Counted from the stretch's first letter, positions 10,298-19,945 are shown. The stretch: 64,000 nucleotides of DNA from Opitutales bacterium (GCA_031552815.1 JAVBMG010000005.1:130030-194029), one strand, 5' to 3'. Notes: generated from the letters alone by a model not told the origin. Translations and numbers: made by a program.

Positions 10298-12319
10298 ATG
10301 GATATCACAGTTACTCACATTTTATTGGCCATTTTGCTGACTCCGTTGGCAGCAGCGGCTCTGATTGCCTGCTTTTGCCGTCAGAGAGGACTTTTGGCTT
10401 CCCTGGTTTCCGTGGCATCCGCGGGTGTACAGATGGGACTCTGCCTGTATTTGTTCTACAAGGTGTTGCCTGGCACTGCCGCTGTTCCGGAAGTGAACTG
10501 GAACTGGTTGCGTTTCGGTAATTTCTCGCTTGATCTCGGCTATTCGCTTACTTCACAGACAAGCCTGATGCTGCTCGTCGTCACGTTTGTCGGTTTCTGG
10601 ATTCATGTGTTTGCGATGGGATACATGCGGGAGGATGAAAATCGCGGCCGTTTCTTTGGCGGCATGAGTATCTTTATGTTCTCAATGACGGGTATCGTGC
10701 TTTCGAACAACCTGTTCATGATGTTTATCTTCTGGGAACTTGTGGGTTTCAGTTCTTACATGCTGATCGGGCATTACCTGACAAAACCGTCTGCTGCGGC
10801 AGCGGCAAAAAAGGCCTTTATCGTGAACCGTGTCGGCGACTTCGGTTTTCTTCTGGGAATCATCCTTTGCTACTGGTTGTTCGGAACCACGAACTTCAGT
10901 GTCATGTTGTCAAAGATCACGAATGTTTCCCTTGCGAATTTCGAGATGCTTCAGGTAGCGGCTCTGCTTCTTTTCTGCGGCGTTCTCGGAAAGTCCGCCC
11001 AGATGCCTTTGCATGTCTGGTTGCCTGACGCGATGGAAGGTCCTACGCCGATTTCCGCGTTGATACACGCGGCGACGATGGTCGCGGCGGGAGTTTATCT
11101 TCTGGGAAAACTGGCATTCCTCTATTCGGTTGCCCAGTATACGGTTATTGACGGTCAAAATGTGATGACCGGGGTGCCGTATGCAGCAAACGTGGTTGCA
11201 GCCGTCGGTGTCACCACAGCCGTGTATGCGGCTTTCTGTGCTCTCGGTGTCAACGACATCAAAAAGATCCTGGCATATTCGACTCTTTCCCAACTCGGTT
11301 ACATGGTGGCCGCTTTCGGTATCGGCTGTACTTTGACGACGAGTTTCAACGATCCGCGTATCATGGGTGTCATGGTCAGGCCGGAATTGCATGCGGCTTA
11401 TGGTACCGCCGCTTCCATGTTCCATCTGACGACACACGCCTTCTTCAAGGCGTTGCTGTTCCTCGGTGCGGGTTCGGTGATTTATGCCTGCCACCATGAA
11501 CAGGATATTTTCAAGATGGGCGGGTTGTGGAAAAAGATGCCGATAACGACGTTGACCTTCCTGGTCGGTGTACTGGCTATTTCCGGTATCCCTTATCTCT
11601 CGGGTTTTTACAGTAAGGACAATATCCTGGCAGTGGCCTATGTCGGTTCGCCGGTAGCATTCGGATTATTGGTGATGACTGCTTTCCTGACCGCGTTTTA
11701 CATGATGCGTCTGTTCTTTATTGCTTTCCTGGGTAGTCCGAAATCGCATTCGTCAGAGCATGCGCGTGAGAACGGAGTCATCATGGTGCTGCCGTTGATT
11801 GTCTTGTCGGTTTTGGCGGTGATCGGCGGTTTCTATTGGCTTTATCCGAAAATGGCCCGCTCCCTGTTTGAAAAGCACATGCTGCCGCATGACCTGATGG
11901 CTTCGGTATTTGAAGGTCTTCCCGTCAAGGCGACACACATGGATTTTGTGATGGCGGTTTCAATTGCCTGCGGTGTGTGCGGATTGTTCGGCGGATGGAT
12001 GATTTACAGACGGGGTCCGAAGGAAGACATGCTGAACAAGAAGGCTCCTTCGATTTACAAATTCCTTTCAAAGAAGCTCTGGTTTGACGAAATTTATAAC
12101 TATTACGTTGCCAAGATACAGGACCGATTTGCTTCACTGCTGGGTTTCCTGGATATGTTGCTTATCGGCGGCTTGATGGTGCGCGGTATTGCGGGTATTG
12201 CGGCTGCGTGCAGCATGAGTTTGCGCTTACTGCATGTCGGACGTGTAACAGCCTATGTTTACTGGTTTGCCTTCGGCTTGCTGGTTTACTGGGCTCTAGC
12301 TTCAGGATGGTTGAAATAA
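10298..12319 (+). CDS. nuoL: NADH-quinone oxidoreductase subunit L
   Basis: 673-aa antiporter-like subunit with WELVGFSSYMLIGH and GKSAQMPLHVWLPDAMEGPTPISALIHAATMV motifs. Confidence 0.95.
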   Translation: MDITVTHILLAILLTPLAAAALIACFCRQRGLLASLVSVASAGVQMGLCLYLFYKVLPGTAAVPEVNWNWLRFGNFSLDLGYSLTSQTSLMLLVVTFVGFWIHVFAMGYMREDENRGRFFGGMSIFMFSMTGIVLSNNLFMMFIFWELVGFSSYMLIGHYLTKPSAAAAAKKAFIVNRVGDFGFLLGIILCYWLFGTTNFSVMLSKITNVSLANFEMLQVAALLLFCGVLGKSAQMPLHVWLPDAMEGPTPISALIHAATMVAAGVYLLGKLAFLYSVAQYTVIDGQNVMTGVPYAANVVAAVGVTTAVYAAFCALGVNDIKKILAYSTLSQLGYMVAAFGIGCTLTTSFNDPRIMGVMVRPELHAAYGTAASMFHLTTHAFFKALLFLGAGSVIYACHHEQDIFKMGGLWKKMPITTLTFLVGVLAISGIPYLSGFYSKDNILAVAYVGSPVAFGLLVMTAFLTAFYMMRLFFIAFLGSPKSHSSEHARENGVIMVLPLIVLSVLAVIGGFYWLYPKMARSLFEKHMLPHDLMASVFEGLPVKATHMDFVMAVSIACGVCGLFGGWMIYRRGPKEDMLNKKAPSIYKFLSKKLWFDEIYNYYVAKIQDRFASLLGFLDMLLIGGLMVRGIAGIAAACSMSLRLLHVGRVTAYVYWFAFGLLVYWALASGWLK

Positions 12320-12346
12320 GGACTTAACCTTCAGTATTTTACGTTT

Positions 12347-13879
12347 ATGGATTCCTTACTTTTACAGTTATCAATTTTAATCCCGCTGGCTATCGGGGGC
12401 GTTCTCCTCCTGTGCGGGAATCTTTGCGAAGGAGTATCCAAGTTCCTGGCTTTGATCGGTTTTGCTGCTCCCTTTGCCATTGCTGTCAAGCTGGCAATCG
12501 CGTTTCCGTCGTCAGCGAATGCGTTGGGTTATGCATTCGATTGCAATTATAACCTGGGACTTGAAGCGATCGGTGTTTATTTGCACCTGGGGCTGAACGG
12601 GGTCGGACTTCCTTTGTATTTGCTGGCGTCGATTGTCGGACTGGCTGCCGGGTTATACGCATTGCAATCGCAGGCAGAACGCAAGGTCGATTATCTGACA
12701 TTGCTTTTGATCATGCATGGCGGCCTGATGGGCGTTTTTGCGAGCGTGGATGTTTTCTTCTTCTATTTCTTTCACGAACTGGCGCTTATCCCGACCTTTA
12801 TCATGATCGGTTTGTGGGGTGGCCGGGGCCGCCGCGCAGCAGCGATGGAAATGACCATTTACCTGACGCTTGGCGCCATGCTTTCGCTTGCGGGGCTGAT
12901 TGCGCTGCATACGACTTCAGGGAAAGACACCTTTGATCTGATTACCTTGCGCGAGACGTTTGCGCAACAGGCAATCACCGGATTCACGGGAGAAACCATT
13001 GCGGGACTGCTTCTGTTCGGGTTCGGTATCCTTGTTTCCCTTTTTCCGTTTCATTCGTGGGCGCCGCGCGGTTACGCCGCCGCCCCGTCCTCGGCTGCAA
13101 TGCTGCATGCCGGTGTGCTGAAAAAGTTCGGATTATACGGTCTTATACAGATCGCTTATCCGTTGCTTCCTGCGGGAATGGCGCATTGGAGTCATGCATT
13201 GGTATGGCTTGCGCTCGGAAACGTGCTTATCATCGGGTTTGTAACGATGGCGCAACGGGATTTGAAACTTATGCTGGGTTATTCATCCGTAATGCATATG
13301 GGCTATGCGTTCCTCGGTATTGCCACGGTGTCGGTGATGGGCATTTCCGGTGCGGTCATGATGATGTTCGGTCACGGTTTATCGGTAGCATTGCTGTTCC
13401 TCCTGGCGACATCGATCCACCACCGGACGAATACTTATGACATGTATGAAATGGGTGGTCTGGCAAAGCATGCTCCGGTCCTTTCGGCATTTTTTGTCGC
13501 CGGAACCATGGCGAGCATCGGCTTGCCGGGATTTGCGAATTTCTGGGGAGAACTGGTTATTTTCACGGCATTGTGGAACATGAGTCCGTGGGTATGCGCA
13601 GTCGCGGTCTCAGGAATAATCATTTCGGCAGTCTATGGATTGCGTGCCGCCGCCCGGATATTCTTCGGGGAGGAAACAAGACGGTTTTCCGAACAGCTGG
13701 CTGTTGTTCCGGCAAAGGATCTCACCTGGTCGGAGAAAGTTCCGGCGCTGATACTGCTGGTAGCGTTGTTTGTTGTGGGCTTCTGGCCAAAATCCATTTC
13801 GGAATCCTTGAACGAAGGGGTCCAGAAAAGTTACGGCGAACAGAGTTCGGCGGTAGCGTCAAACGGGGTAAACGGCTAA
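12347..13879 (+). CDS. nuoM: NADH-quinone oxidoreductase subunit M
   Basis: Antiporter-like subunit with FFHELALIPTFIMIGLWG and HSWAPRGYAAAPSSAAMLHAGVLKK motifs. Confidence 0.9.
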   Translation: MDSLLLQLSILIPLAIGGVLLLCGNLCEGVSKFLALIGFAAPFAIAVKLAIAFPSSANALGYAFDCNYNLGLEAIGVYLHLGLNGVGLPLYLLASIVGLAAGLYALQSQAERKVDYLTLLLIMHGGLMGVFASVDVFFFYFFHELALIPTFIMIGLWGGRGRRAAAMEMTIYLTLGAMLSLAGLIALHTTSGKDTFDLITLRETFAQQAITGFTGETIAGLLLFGFGILVSLFPFHSWAPRGYAAAPSSAAMLHAGVLKKFGLYGLIQIAYPLLPAGMAHWSHALVWLALGNVLIIGFVTMAQRDLKLMLGYSSVMHMGYAFLGIATVSVMGISGAVMMMFGHGLSVALLFLLATSIHHRTNTYDMYEMGGLAKHAPVLSAFFVAGTMASIGLPGFANFWGELVIFTALWNMSPWVCAVAVSGIIISAVYGLRAAARIFFGEETRRFSEQLAVVPAKDLTWSEKVPALILLVALFVVGFWPKSISESLNEGVQKSYGEQSSAVASNGVNG

Positions 13880-13898
13880 TTTCAACGATAAGGCTTTT

Positions 13899-15446
13899 AT
13901 GAATCTGGATATTTACAGAACGTTTTCAGAAACCAATTTGTGGCAGTACATCCTTCCTGAAATTGCGCTGGCCGTGTTCGCGATACTTTTATTGATCATG
14001 GGAATGATCGTTCCGCGCCGTGAACAAGGTATCATAAGCCGGCTTGCGGTATGGGGGCAATGGGCGATACTGGTCTATTTTCTGATCTTTGAATTTTGGC
14101 AGAATCTTCAACAGCTTTATCTCGGCAAGCTGGAACGTCCGGAGATTCTTTTCGGGGGCATGCTTACGCAGACATTCACTTTTGACGTGATGCGTGTGTT
14201 TTTCATGCTGTGCGGAATTTTTGTGAGCTATATGGGAAGCATTTACCTGAAAAAGCATAAATTGCCGACCATTGAGTTTTATTTCCTGACCATTATCATT
14301 ACCGCCGGATTGATGTTACTCGCCCAGAGCAGCCATTTTGTGATGCTCTTTGTGGCGCTTGAAACGGTGACGGTAGCATTCTATGTGCTGATTGCCTATT
14401 GCAGGACAAGCGTATTTTCGCTTGAAGCAGGGGTGAAATACCTGATCCTGGGCGGGCTGAGTTCGGCAATGTTACTGTTCGGCATTGTCCTGCTTTACGG
14501 GGCTGCTACCAATCCTGAGGTCAACAATGGTCTCTTGCTGGACCGTATGGGCTTCAATGAGTTGGGTAGTTTCATTTTTGCTCATAAGCATGATTTGATG
14601 GTGCAGGCCGGTGCTGTTCTGGTGCTTTGCGGGGTCGCCTTTAAAATCGGTGCGATTCCGTTCCAGATATGGATACCGGATGTTTACCAGGGGGCTCCGA
14701 CACCCGTAACGGCTTTGCTTGCCTGTGCGTCAAAGGCCGGAGGATTTATCCTCTTGCTTAACCTGATTCGCGGTCCGTTTGCCGGTCTCGAATATATGGT
14801 GAAGCCTTTGCTGATTGCGGTTGCGATTGTCACGATCCTTTTCGGAAACCTGACAGCGGTTTCCCAGCAGAACGTGAAGCGCATGATGGGCCTTTCTGGT
14901 ATCGCCCACGCGGGTTATCTGCTGATGGGTGTTGTGGCCGGATATACGGTAGCATGGGCGGATAAAGCGGTATTGTTTTATCTTTTCTGCTACCTGTTTG
15001 CGTCGCTCGCGGTATTCATGGTGATGACCTTTGTGGCCAACGAAAATGATGAGGCGCAGACACTGGATGACTACACGAATCTTTACAGGAACCAGCCGTA
15101 TCTGGCAGGTATCCTGGGAATCGGATTGGGTTCACTGGCTGGGATTCCGCCTTTGGCCGGATTCATGGGGAAATTGCTGCTTTTCATTGCAACCTTCAAG
15201 GCGGGTTTGTTTACCCTGCTGGCAGTAGCGATAGTCGGGGTGGTTATTTCCATTTATTACTATTTCGGATGGGCGCGCGAAGTGTTCTTCACCCAATGGT
15301 TGCTGAAGGATGAAACCCCGGTAAACGCCCAGCTCGGGACCATCGTGGTTTCACCCTTGTACCGTTTTCTTCTCGGGATGCTTGCTGCTGTTGTGATCAT
15401 CATAGGCATCTACCAGGGAAATATCGGGTTTTACCTGTTCATGTAA
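13899..15446 (+). CDS. nuoN: NADH-quinone oxidoreductase subunit N
   Basis: Antiporter-like subunit with the AFKIGAIPFQIWIPDVYQGAPTPVTALL motif; last gene of the operon. Confidence 0.9.
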   Translation: MNLDIYRTFSETNLWQYILPEIALAVFAILLLIMGMIVPRREQGIISRLAVWGQWAILVYFLIFEFWQNLQQLYLGKLERPEILFGGMLTQTFTFDVMRVFFMLCGIFVSYMGSIYLKKHKLPTIEFYFLTIIITAGLMLLAQSSHFVMLFVALETVTVAFYVLIAYCRTSVFSLEAGVKYLILGGLSSAMLLFGIVLLYGAATNPEVNNGLLLDRMGFNELGSFIFAHKHDLMVQAGAVLVLCGVAFKIGAIPFQIWIPDVYQGAPTPVTALLACASKAGGFILLLNLIRGPFAGLEYMVKPLLIAVAIVTILFGNLTAVSQQNVKRMMGLSGIAHAGYLLMGVVAGYTVAWADKAVLFYLFCYLFASLAVFMVMTFVANENDEAQTLDDYTNLYRNQPYLAGILGIGLGSLAGIPPLAGFMGKLLLFIATFKAGLFTLLAVAIVGVVISIYYYFGWAREVFFTQWLLKDETPVNAQLGTIVVSPLYRFLLGMLAAVVIIIGIYQGNIGFYLFM

Positions 15447-15491
15447 GCGGTTACCCGCTCTAACAAATGTTAAGTTTCTGAAACGTATTTT

Positions 15492-17012
15492 ATGGCAAAA
15501 GAAAAAACAGCGATTACGCCGACGCGTGCGGAAGATTATCCTGAATGGTACCAGCAAGTGATCCGTGCGGCGGATCTGGCGGAAAACAGCCCGGTTCGCG
15601 GTTGCATGGTGATCAAGCCCTGGGGTTATTCCATCTGGGAGCATTTTCAGGACTCCTTGGATAAGATGTTTAAGGAAACCGGGCACAAGAACGCATATTT
15701 TCCGCTGTTTATCCCGAAGCGTTTTATCGAGAAAGAGGCCGCGCATGTTGACGGTTTCGCCAAGGAGTGTGCGGTAGTGACGCATTCGCGCCTGGAAGCC
15801 AATGCGGAAGGCAAGCTGGTTCCTGCCGGGGAACTGGAAGAGCCGTTGATTGTCCGCCCGACTTCCGAGACGATTATCGGCGAGGTTTTTTCCGGTTGGG
15901 TTCAAAGTTACCGTGATTTGCCTTTGCTGATCAATCAATGGGCAAATGTTGTCCGTTGGGAGATGCGCACGCGCCTGTTTTTACGTACGGCGGAGTTTCT
16001 CTGGCAGGAAGGACACACGGCGCACGCTACCAAGGAGGAAGCCATCGAGGAGACTTACCGGATGCTGGATGTCTATGCTGATTTTGCGGAGAACTACATG
16101 GCGATGCCTGTGATCAAGGGCGAAAAGACGGAGTCGGAACGTTTTCCCGGAGCCGTGCAGACTTTGTGCATTGAGGCCATGATGCAGGATAAAAAAGCGT
16201 TGCAGGCCGGCACATCGCATTTTCTCGGACAGAATTTTTCAAAGGCAGCGAACATCCAGTTTACTTCCGAGTCCGGTCAACTCGAGCACGCCTGGACAAC
16301 GTCATGGGGCTGTTCAACGCGTCTGATCGGCGGTCTTATCATGACGCACGCGGATGATGACGGGATGGTGATTCCGCCGCGTGTTGCACCATCGCACATT
16401 GTCATCCTGCCGATTCTCCGCGGAGATGAAAACGATGCTGCCGTGATGGAATGTTGCAGGAAGCTGGAAAAACAGATCAAGTCCCAGCGCTACGATGAAC
16501 AGCCTGTGCGTGTTGAGTTGGATAAGCGCGACTTGCGCGGAGGCGAAAAGATGTGGCAATGGATCAAGAAAGGTATTCCGATGTGGGTCGAAGTCGGTCC
16601 GCGCGATGTTGCCGCGGGTACGGTATTTGTCGGTCGTCGTGATCAGGGACCGAAAATGCGTCAATCAATGGCGGCAGATGAATTTGTTTCCAGCTTACCG
16701 TCTGTCTTGCAGGAGATTCAGGACGGATTGTTTGCCCGGGCAAAGCAATTCCGTGAGGATAATACACGTGATATTGATGATGTTAAGGAGTTCTATGCTT
16801 TCTTTACGCCAAAGAACGAGGATAAGCCGGAAATCCATGGTGGTTTTGCCAGAACGCATTGGTGCGGAGACCCTGAGGTGGAAGAGCGCTTAAAGAAAGA
16901 TCTTAAAGTTACTGTCCGTTGCATTCCGCTGAATGCGCCTGAAGAACCGGGCATTTGTCCGTTTACGGGCAAGCCGAGTAAACGGCGCGTTATTTTCGGA
17001 AAGTCCTATTAA
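15492..17012 (+). CDS. proS: Proline--tRNA ligase (archaeal/eukaryote-like class II architecture, no INS editing domain)
   Basis: The N-terminus ITPTRAEDYPEWYQQVIRAADLAENSPVRGCMVIKPWGYSIWE and the C-terminal GKPSKRRVIFGKSY are typical of this ProRS type. Confidence 0.9.
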   Translation: MAKEKTAITPTRAEDYPEWYQQVIRAADLAENSPVRGCMVIKPWGYSIWEHFQDSLDKMFKETGHKNAYFPLFIPKRFIEKEAAHVDGFAKECAVVTHSRLEANAEGKLVPAGELEEPLIVRPTSETIIGEVFSGWVQSYRDLPLLINQWANVVRWEMRTRLFLRTAEFLWQEGHTAHATKEEAIEETYRMLDVYADFAENYMAMPVIKGEKTESERFPGAVQTLCIEAMMQDKKALQAGTSHFLGQNFSKAANIQFTSESGQLEHAWTTSWGCSTRLIGGLIMTHADDDGMVIPPRVAPSHIVILPILRGDENDAAVMECCRKLEKQIKSQRYDEQPVRVELDKRDLRGGEKMWQWIKKGIPMWVEVGPRDVAAGTVFVGRRDQGPKMRQSMAADEFVSSLPSVLQEIQDGLFARAKQFREDNTRDIDDVKEFYAFFTPKNEDKPEIHGGFARTHWCGDPEVEERLKKDLKVTVRCIPLNAPEEPGICPFTGKPSKRRVIFGKSY

Positions 17013-17022
17013 ATAATTACAG

Positions 17023-17052
17023 ACGGTAGCATGAAAGATGCTGCCGTTTTTT
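17023..17052. terminator. Bidirectional hairpin terminator between convergent proS and the permease gene
   Basis: acggtagcat (17023-17032) / atgctgccgt (17038-17047), a 10-bp stem with one G-U pair, loop gaaag, T-run to 17052. The stem is an inverted pair of the recurrent motif. Confidence 0.8.
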
Positions 17053-17063
17053 GTATGCTGTCA

Positions 17064-18128
17064 TCAATGGCAGCATTTCTTTTCCCTGGGTCGTATCTGG
17101 TAAAATAATAACAGGAGTATGGCTGCACCTGACAGGATTTTTATGAGCGGTAACTCATGTGCGCTTGTGACAGTCTGTAGCGTGACGGATGCGGAAACAC
17201 CATTCGCAAGTATTCCCGCAATGAATGCTGTGGCTATCGAAACAGTGAGCAGAAGGCCGGTTGCTTTCCATCCAAGGTATTTACGGAATGTCATGAGATT
17301 GAGCAGGTTCATGGATGGGGCTAATACGAGAAAAACCAGAATGGTTCCGGGTGCCGCGCCGGCATGAAGCCATGCTACCGCTAACGGCGTTGCCGTGATT
17401 GCGCAGAGCGGAAGAAAGAAGGAAAGGAGAACAACGGCAAGCAGGCTCAGTATTCCTGTCCCGAGGTATTGGGCGAATATATTTTCAGGGAGCAATGCTG
17501 TCAGGAGCACAGCCAGAATGATTCCGATGAGGAGCCGCTTGGCAATCGTCTCAGGAATCTCAACAAATGCGTGCATAAGTATTTGCGAAAATGCAGACTG
17601 CGTCTTCTTTTGCGGGTGTGTCAAACGTACCTTTGCTAGGGAGAATTTATCCTGCGGCGTATTGCCGCAGCAGGATGCTTGGGGTTTGCCTGACGTTACC
17701 GTGTCCGGGGATTGCGGAAGTGCGGACGGAGCGATTAAGTGTTTTACCGCTATCCCGGAAAGCAATCCGCTGGTCATGACGATGCAAAAGCGAAAGAGTG
17801 TCAAAAGCCATCCGCACAAGCCATAAGTGACAGCCATAATCTGGAGATTGTTTTGAGGAGTGGAAACGATAGCAGAAGTGATGTTTGCCGGAGTGGTCTT
17901 GTCCTGCCGCAGGGATTGCAGTTTTTGGGCGATCTGGCAGGAGCAGACCGGTGTGAATAATCCGCTGACGGCAGCTTTGAGGAGATCGGAAAACGAGTCA
18001 GAGCGGTTTGCGAATTTATCACCTGCAAATACCTTCAGTATCCCGCTCAGGAGAAAACTTACGAGCAGGTACGGAGCTATTTCGCAGGTGATATTCCAAA
18101 AACCGACAAATGCTTTCTCAATAGGCAT
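17064..18128 (-). CDS. COG0701/ArsP-like permease with Cys-rich motifs
   Basis: Polytopic membrane protein. The TPVCSCQ motif in an early helix resembles the CSC motif of the YraQ/ArsP-type permease family. It also has an ASCCGNT loop and a C-terminal KKCCH. Confidence 0.55.
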   Translation of the reverse strand: MPIEKAFVGFWNITCEIAPYLLVSFLLSGILKVFAGDKFANRSDSFSDLLKAAVSGLFTPVCSCQIAQKLQSLRQDKTTPANITSAIVSTPQNNLQIMAVTYGLCGWLLTLFRFCIVMTSGLLSGIAVKHLIAPSALPQSPDTVTSGKPQASCCGNTPQDKFSLAKVRLTHPQKKTQSAFSQILMHAFVEIPETIAKRLLIGIILAVLLTALLPENIFAQYLGTGILSLLAVVLLSFFLPLCAITATPLAVAWLHAGAAPGTILVFLVLAPSMNLLNLMTFRKYLGWKATGLLLTVSIATAFIAGILANGVSASVTLQTVTSAHELPLIKILSGAAILLLLFYQIRPREKKCCH

Positions 18129-18215
18129 AACAAGTCAAAGCTATGACGATTCACGGAAATGTAAACAGCGCAATCGATTCAACCGGATCGGGAGACGGTA
18201 GCATGCGTCTGAAAA

Positions 18216-18248
18216 CAAAAAAAACTCATGAATATTCATGAGTTTTTT
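18216..18248. terminator. Bidirectional palindromic terminator downstream of tRNA-Asp
   Basis: A-run, then the perfect palindrome ctcatgaat/attcatgag (18225-18242), then a T-run at 18243-18248. Confidence 0.7.
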
Positions 18249-18259
18249 CCTTAAATTGG

Positions 18260-18336
18260 TGGCGGGATGGACGGGACTCGAACCCGCGACCTCCTGCGTG
18301 ACAGGCAGGCGTTCTAACCAACTGAACTACCACCCC
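18260..18336 (-). tRNA. tRNA-Asp (anticodon GTC), CCA encoded
   Basis: The reverse complement folds by hand into a cloverleaf: acceptor ggggtgg/ccatccc, D arm gttc/gaac, anticodon stem cctgc/gcagg with loop ctGTCac, T arm gcggg-ttcgagt-cccgt, discriminator g plus cca. Confidence 0.95.
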
Positions 18337-18400
18337 AAAAAAGAAGAGCCGAACTCTAAAGTGTTTGCCGTTCTTGTCAAGGAATGTTTTTTGAAACCGT

Positions 18401-19159
18401 TTATTTTGTGGAAGGGCTGTCTTCTTTGGGTAAATCGATGGCAAATACGTCATCAATTTCCAGACCGGTCAGCCGCCGGATACCGTTCAATAATTTGAAA
18501 ACTGCCCAGAGGGTCATTCCCATGCAGGGAATCACAATGACCGGCCAGGAAAGGATGTGCATCCGGCTGAGTTCGTCGTTGAATTCCTCGGTGCCGCTCG
18601 GACTGACGATAATCCATTTAGCCAGGCAGAAATTCAGTATGGCGCTGACGAGAAATGAGACGGCAAGAATCCATGTGCATGATTTCATCAGCGATTCAAA
18701 TTCGCTTTTGGTTCCTTTTTCGGCAAGCAGGGCATTTACCTTATCGACATGCATGATTTCGTCGTTGTAGATAAACATCCGGACGAGCGGTTTCTTTGAG
18801 GAAGCGGTGATGACGATTAAAATACCGATAAGCAAGGGGATGGTCGCTTCCTTGTAGGCAATCAGTTCTGCCGGAAGCTTGAGCAATCCGATTCCCCCGG
18901 TAAGCAGGATGCTGACAAACCCGAGTATGGAAATAACGTTAACCTTTTTCCGTGCAAAGAAATCATAAATCCCGTAAATGACGGGGAAAGCCAATGCTAC
19001 CGTGAGGCCGAGTTCAGGTTTCCAGCCGACAATGGCAGCGGCTTTCTTTGTCATGAGCATTGCCGGAATGAGAATGTTAAAGGCAAGGTTTAACAGAATA
19101 TTTTCCCGCTTCTTTTTTGGTTTCTTTCCCTGGTCTGACTGCATCGTGGCTTCACTCAT
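18401..19159 (-). CDS. Inner-membrane protein of unknown function (IspZ/VC0807-like topology)
   Basis: 252 aa with a basic N-terminus (KKPKKKRENILLNLAFNILIP) followed by about 6 hydrophobic helices. The family assignment is from memory only. Confidence 0.4.
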   Translation of the reverse strand: MSEATMQSDQGKKPKKKRENILLNLAFNILIPAMLMTKKAAAIVGWKPELGLTVALAFPVIYGIYDFFARKKVNVISILGFVSILLTGGIGLLKLPAELIAYKEATIPLLIGILIVITASSKKPLVRMFIYNDEIMHVDKVNALLAEKGTKSEFESLMKSCTWILAVSFLVSAILNFCLAKWIIVSPSGTEEFNDELSRMHILSWPVIVIPCMGMTLWAVFKLLNGIRRLTGLEIDDVFAIDLPKEDSPSTK

Positions 19160-19255
19160 ATAAAACCTTTACAAATGACAGACGGCGGCATGCTTGTCCA
19201 TCCTTTGCATGCGAATAATTTGCGGTGTATTTTCAGGAAAATATGTTTAGAACGT

Positions 19256-19924
19256 ATGGTTATGAAAATAAGATGCCTTGTCACAGCCGGTCCGACCCGT
19301 GAGTTTTTCGATCCGGTGCGCTATATCAGCAACCCTTCCTCGGGAAAGATGGGATTTGCGATAGCGGCAGCAGCCCGGAAAATCGGCTGGCAGGTTGATC
19401 TTGTTGCCGGACCGGTTTCATTGCCGACACCGGAAGGCTGTTTGCGCCATGACGTGGTAACCGGCGAAGACATGTACGGCAAGGTGTCCGAATTATTTCC
19501 GTCATGTACTGTTCTGATCATGACCGCGGCGGTTTGCGATTTTCGTCCCAAGGTATTTTTCCCGAAGAAACAGAAGAAATCCGCAGGCGGTAGCATGACT
19601 GTGGAATTTGAATATACACGGGATATTCTGAAGACCATAAGCGGGTCAAAGCAGGCAGGGCAAATGCTGGTAGGCTTTGCGGCGGAGACCGACGATGTGG
19701 AAAACTACGCAAAACGAAAACTGCTTGAAAAGGATCTGGACTGGATTGTGGCAAACCAGGTGGGTGTCTCGGGAAGCGGATTTGAAAGCGACATGAACAC
19801 GGTCACGCTGTTTTCCCGTGAGGGACAGATGCTTTCTTTTGGGCCCGATTTCAAAAAGGCGATAGCGGAACAGATCGTTTCCTTGTTGAACCTGTCGCTT
19901 GCAGGCAGTAAACCTTCCTTATAA
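19256..19924 (+). CDS. coaB: Phosphopantothenate--cysteine ligase, stand-alone CoaB domain
   Basis: [32 protein letters not shown] and [10 protein letters not shown]...[16 protein letters not shown] match the C-terminal (CoaB) half of Dfp/CoaBC. There is no flavoprotein CoaC half. I chose the ATG at 19256 (or 19262) over the ORF-track start at 19175 because the conserved domain begins immediately after it. Confidence 0.8.
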   Translation: MVMKIRCLVTAGPTREFFDPVRYISNPSSGKMGFAIAAAARKIGWQVDLVAGPVSLPTPEGCLRHDVVTGEDMYGKVSELFPSCTVLIMTAAVCDFRPKVFFPKKQKKSAGGSMTVEFEYTRDILKTISGSKQAGQMLVGFAAETDDVENYAKRKLLEKDLDWIVANQVGVSGSGFESDMNTVTLFSREGQMLSFGPDFKKAIAEQIVSLLNLSLAGSKPSL

Positions 19925-19945
19925 TAAGCTATAGTTGATTCATGT

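Noticed and set aside
18226-18498. Small ORFs (76 and 86 aa) overlapping tRNA-Asp
   Set aside because: They are translations of the tRNA gene and its flanks on both strands, so they are not credible CDSs.
19175-19255. The upstream start for coaB given by the ORF track
   Set aside because: The extra 27 residues have no counterpart in CoaB and would place the start 16 bp from the divergent gene's start. The conserved domain begins right after the Met at 19256/19262.
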